A DNA stretch of 62,919 bases, counting the filler, from Rhabdomonas costata (Eukaryota), in assembly GCA_019059605.1 (NCBI GenBank). It is 43 parts of 43 records of this genome, joined end to end, with 100 filler letters (N's around TTAATTAATTAA, not from the genome) between each part and the next. Parts side by side here need not be neighbours in the genome. Positions count along the whole stretch, not along the records: positions 60,078 to 61,448 come from JAHMHO010017928.1; positions 61,549 to 62,919 come from JAHMHO010017929.1; 41 more parts are not named here. The stretch is one strand, 5' to 3'. The position numbers were made by a program, and so were the translations under genes. Positions within the stretch are counted from its first letter, which is position 1. Every line of letters starts with the position of its first letter. This document shows positions 61,428 through 62,919 of this stretch, in pieces. Below the pieces are notes generated by a model. That model saw nothing but the letters and a program-made list of their open reading frames with translations. It did no database searches and was not told the origin of the DNA.

Positions 61428-61748
61428 GTGCGCAAATACCCCCCCACCNNNNNNNNNNNNNNNNNNNNNNNNNNNNNNNNNNNNNNNNNNNNTTAATTAA
61501 TTAANNNNNNNNNNNNNNNNNNNNNNNNNNNNNNNNNNNNNNNNNNNNGCTGGGTTGTGAAAGTACTAAAAAAACAGTTCATTGGGTGCTTCTGGTCTTC
61601 TTTCCGGTGGGCGGAGAAACAAAAGGAAATCATTATTTCAAAAGGCCACGCCGCAAACACTGACGCTGGCGGATCGATGGAGAGCACAAGCCTAGTGCTT
61701 GAAATAGGTAGCGAGTACAAAAAGGGCATGCGGAGGGCAGGAAGAGGC

Positions 61749-61901
61749 CTGGACAAAGCTAAGCAGGGTCCCACTGGTGAAGCGGTACAAGTGCAGGGAG
61801 CCGTCTTCGCGGCACACGGCGACGAGGTCTCCTGCGGGATTACTGGCCAGATGGGTCACCCCGGTCCGAGGGCTGGCTGGAACACAGCTGCACACCAAAA
61901 C
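61749..61901 (-). CDS. WD40-repeat exon
   Basis: TAG acceptor then GVTHLASNPAGDLVAVCREDGSLHLYRFTSGTLL. Confidence 0.65.
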
Positions 61902-62919
61902 CTAAGGGGCAAGGAAAGGTGACAGCACAACTGATTGCGAGCACAACCGTCCCGCACGAATACGAGTTACTTCTAAGAATCAGGTGCGCATAGTGCATCC
62001 CGCATGCCACTAGGCAACTGAGGCAAACGCATCCATCCCCCTCCCTGCTCAGCAGCAAAATCATGAATCATGAAGTCTGCAGGAATCATCGTGGGAACCA
62101 TGAGTGAGCAAAAGCGGCATCCAATGTACCATCCGTGAGCGAAGAGTATGACCAGATGCATATTCCACCTTCGAGCATCCGAAAGGGAGGGGGGGCAAGT
62201 GCGATGGCGCACGCGCGCGCACAGAAACGCACCTGCGGCCCAGAACGCGACAGAGCGACCTTCGCTTGTTTTGCGGGCATTTTTGCCGCCACAGCAGAAC
62301 AGAAAAAACCAACACAGTGGACAAAACCTGCTCATGTAAAGAAAACAGGAGGACTACTATGGTTCAAGGGGCCTCAAAAATGCGGTTAAGAGTCGTTTGA
62401 GATCACGGTTAAGCGGTGATTCTGGCTCGGGAGCCTTCACGACTTCAGGAGGCAACAGGGAAATTCACGCCCATAGGAGTGAGAACAGGATCGGGGTTAG
62501 TGTGAGGTAAGATTCGGGGGTCCTGTCCATTCGCATTGACCGTTTCACATCACAATGAACACAGTTTAGCTATCATAATGACAGTCATCACATCAAAATG
62601 AGATAAGTGCAGCACATAAGGGAATAGTTTCCATCTAATGCAGTTTGATGAGTTGCTGTTCCCTACATCGATCTCGGGAAGGCAAGGTCGTCTAGAATGG
62701 GGCAGGGGGTAAACTGCTCTCAGATTGCAGTTTGAGTTCTTATTACGAATCGCAATCACTGCGCTAATAGCTGTCAAGGTACATACAACAGTGCACTTTT
62801 AGCAACTTTTTAAGCGACGCATGTGCGATGCGAAAAAAAATGCGGGAAGACAGCTTTCCGCGAAAAAAAAATACAATTAAGAGGCATATTAACATCTACA
62901 CTCGACTTTACACCAAACC

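Noticed and set aside
1374-61548. Regularly spaced TTAATTAATTAA as a CRISPR-like array or biological repeat
   Set aside because: Always embedded in exactly N44 on each side; it is a synthetic six-frame-stop spacer.
1-62919. Gene-sized nanochromosomes with telomere caps
   Set aside because: Terminal G/T tracts are not a fixed repeat unit, fragments cut genes mid-exon, and near-uniform length indicates size sorting.

Overview
This window is not contiguous DNA. It is 43 unrelated contigs, mostly 1.35-1.375 kb (one is 1119 nt), joined by 42 identical 100-nt linkers (N44-TTAATTAATTAA-N44, stops in all six frames). No synteny or operon-like inference can cross a linker, and ORFs containing X runs are artefacts. 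Contig 5' ends are mostly G/T-only and 3' ends C/A-only, and two ends carry fold-back inverted repeats, which points to whole-genome amplification. The source is an intron-rich eukaryote with GT-AG introns and probably some GC-AG introns; the cyclase and C2 motifs suggest a euglenozoan/euglenid-like protist (inference). Recognisable gene fragments: Gfo/Idh/MocA oxidoreductase (frameshifted, with an unknown N-terminal domain), two R-S-E ADP-ribosyltransferases, GDA1/CD39 NTPDase, two WD40 proteins, p24/GOLD, BMP-like and PstS-like binding domains, two class III cyclases (one lacking both metal-binding Asp), RS+RRM splicing factor, RNF213-like C-terminus with RZ finger, AP-4-like mu adaptin, C2, PHD, VWA, nucleotide-sugar transporter and sphingomyelin/IPC synthase. 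Best non-coding leads: a three-copy structured repeat (two copies intronic and sense to their hosts) with apparent compensatory pairing; a MITE-like element holding perfect 48-bp and 22-bp palindromes; and a degenerate hammerhead-like motif. No complete novel multi-gene system can be supported from these fragments. All family calls come from motif recognition by eye, not database searches.
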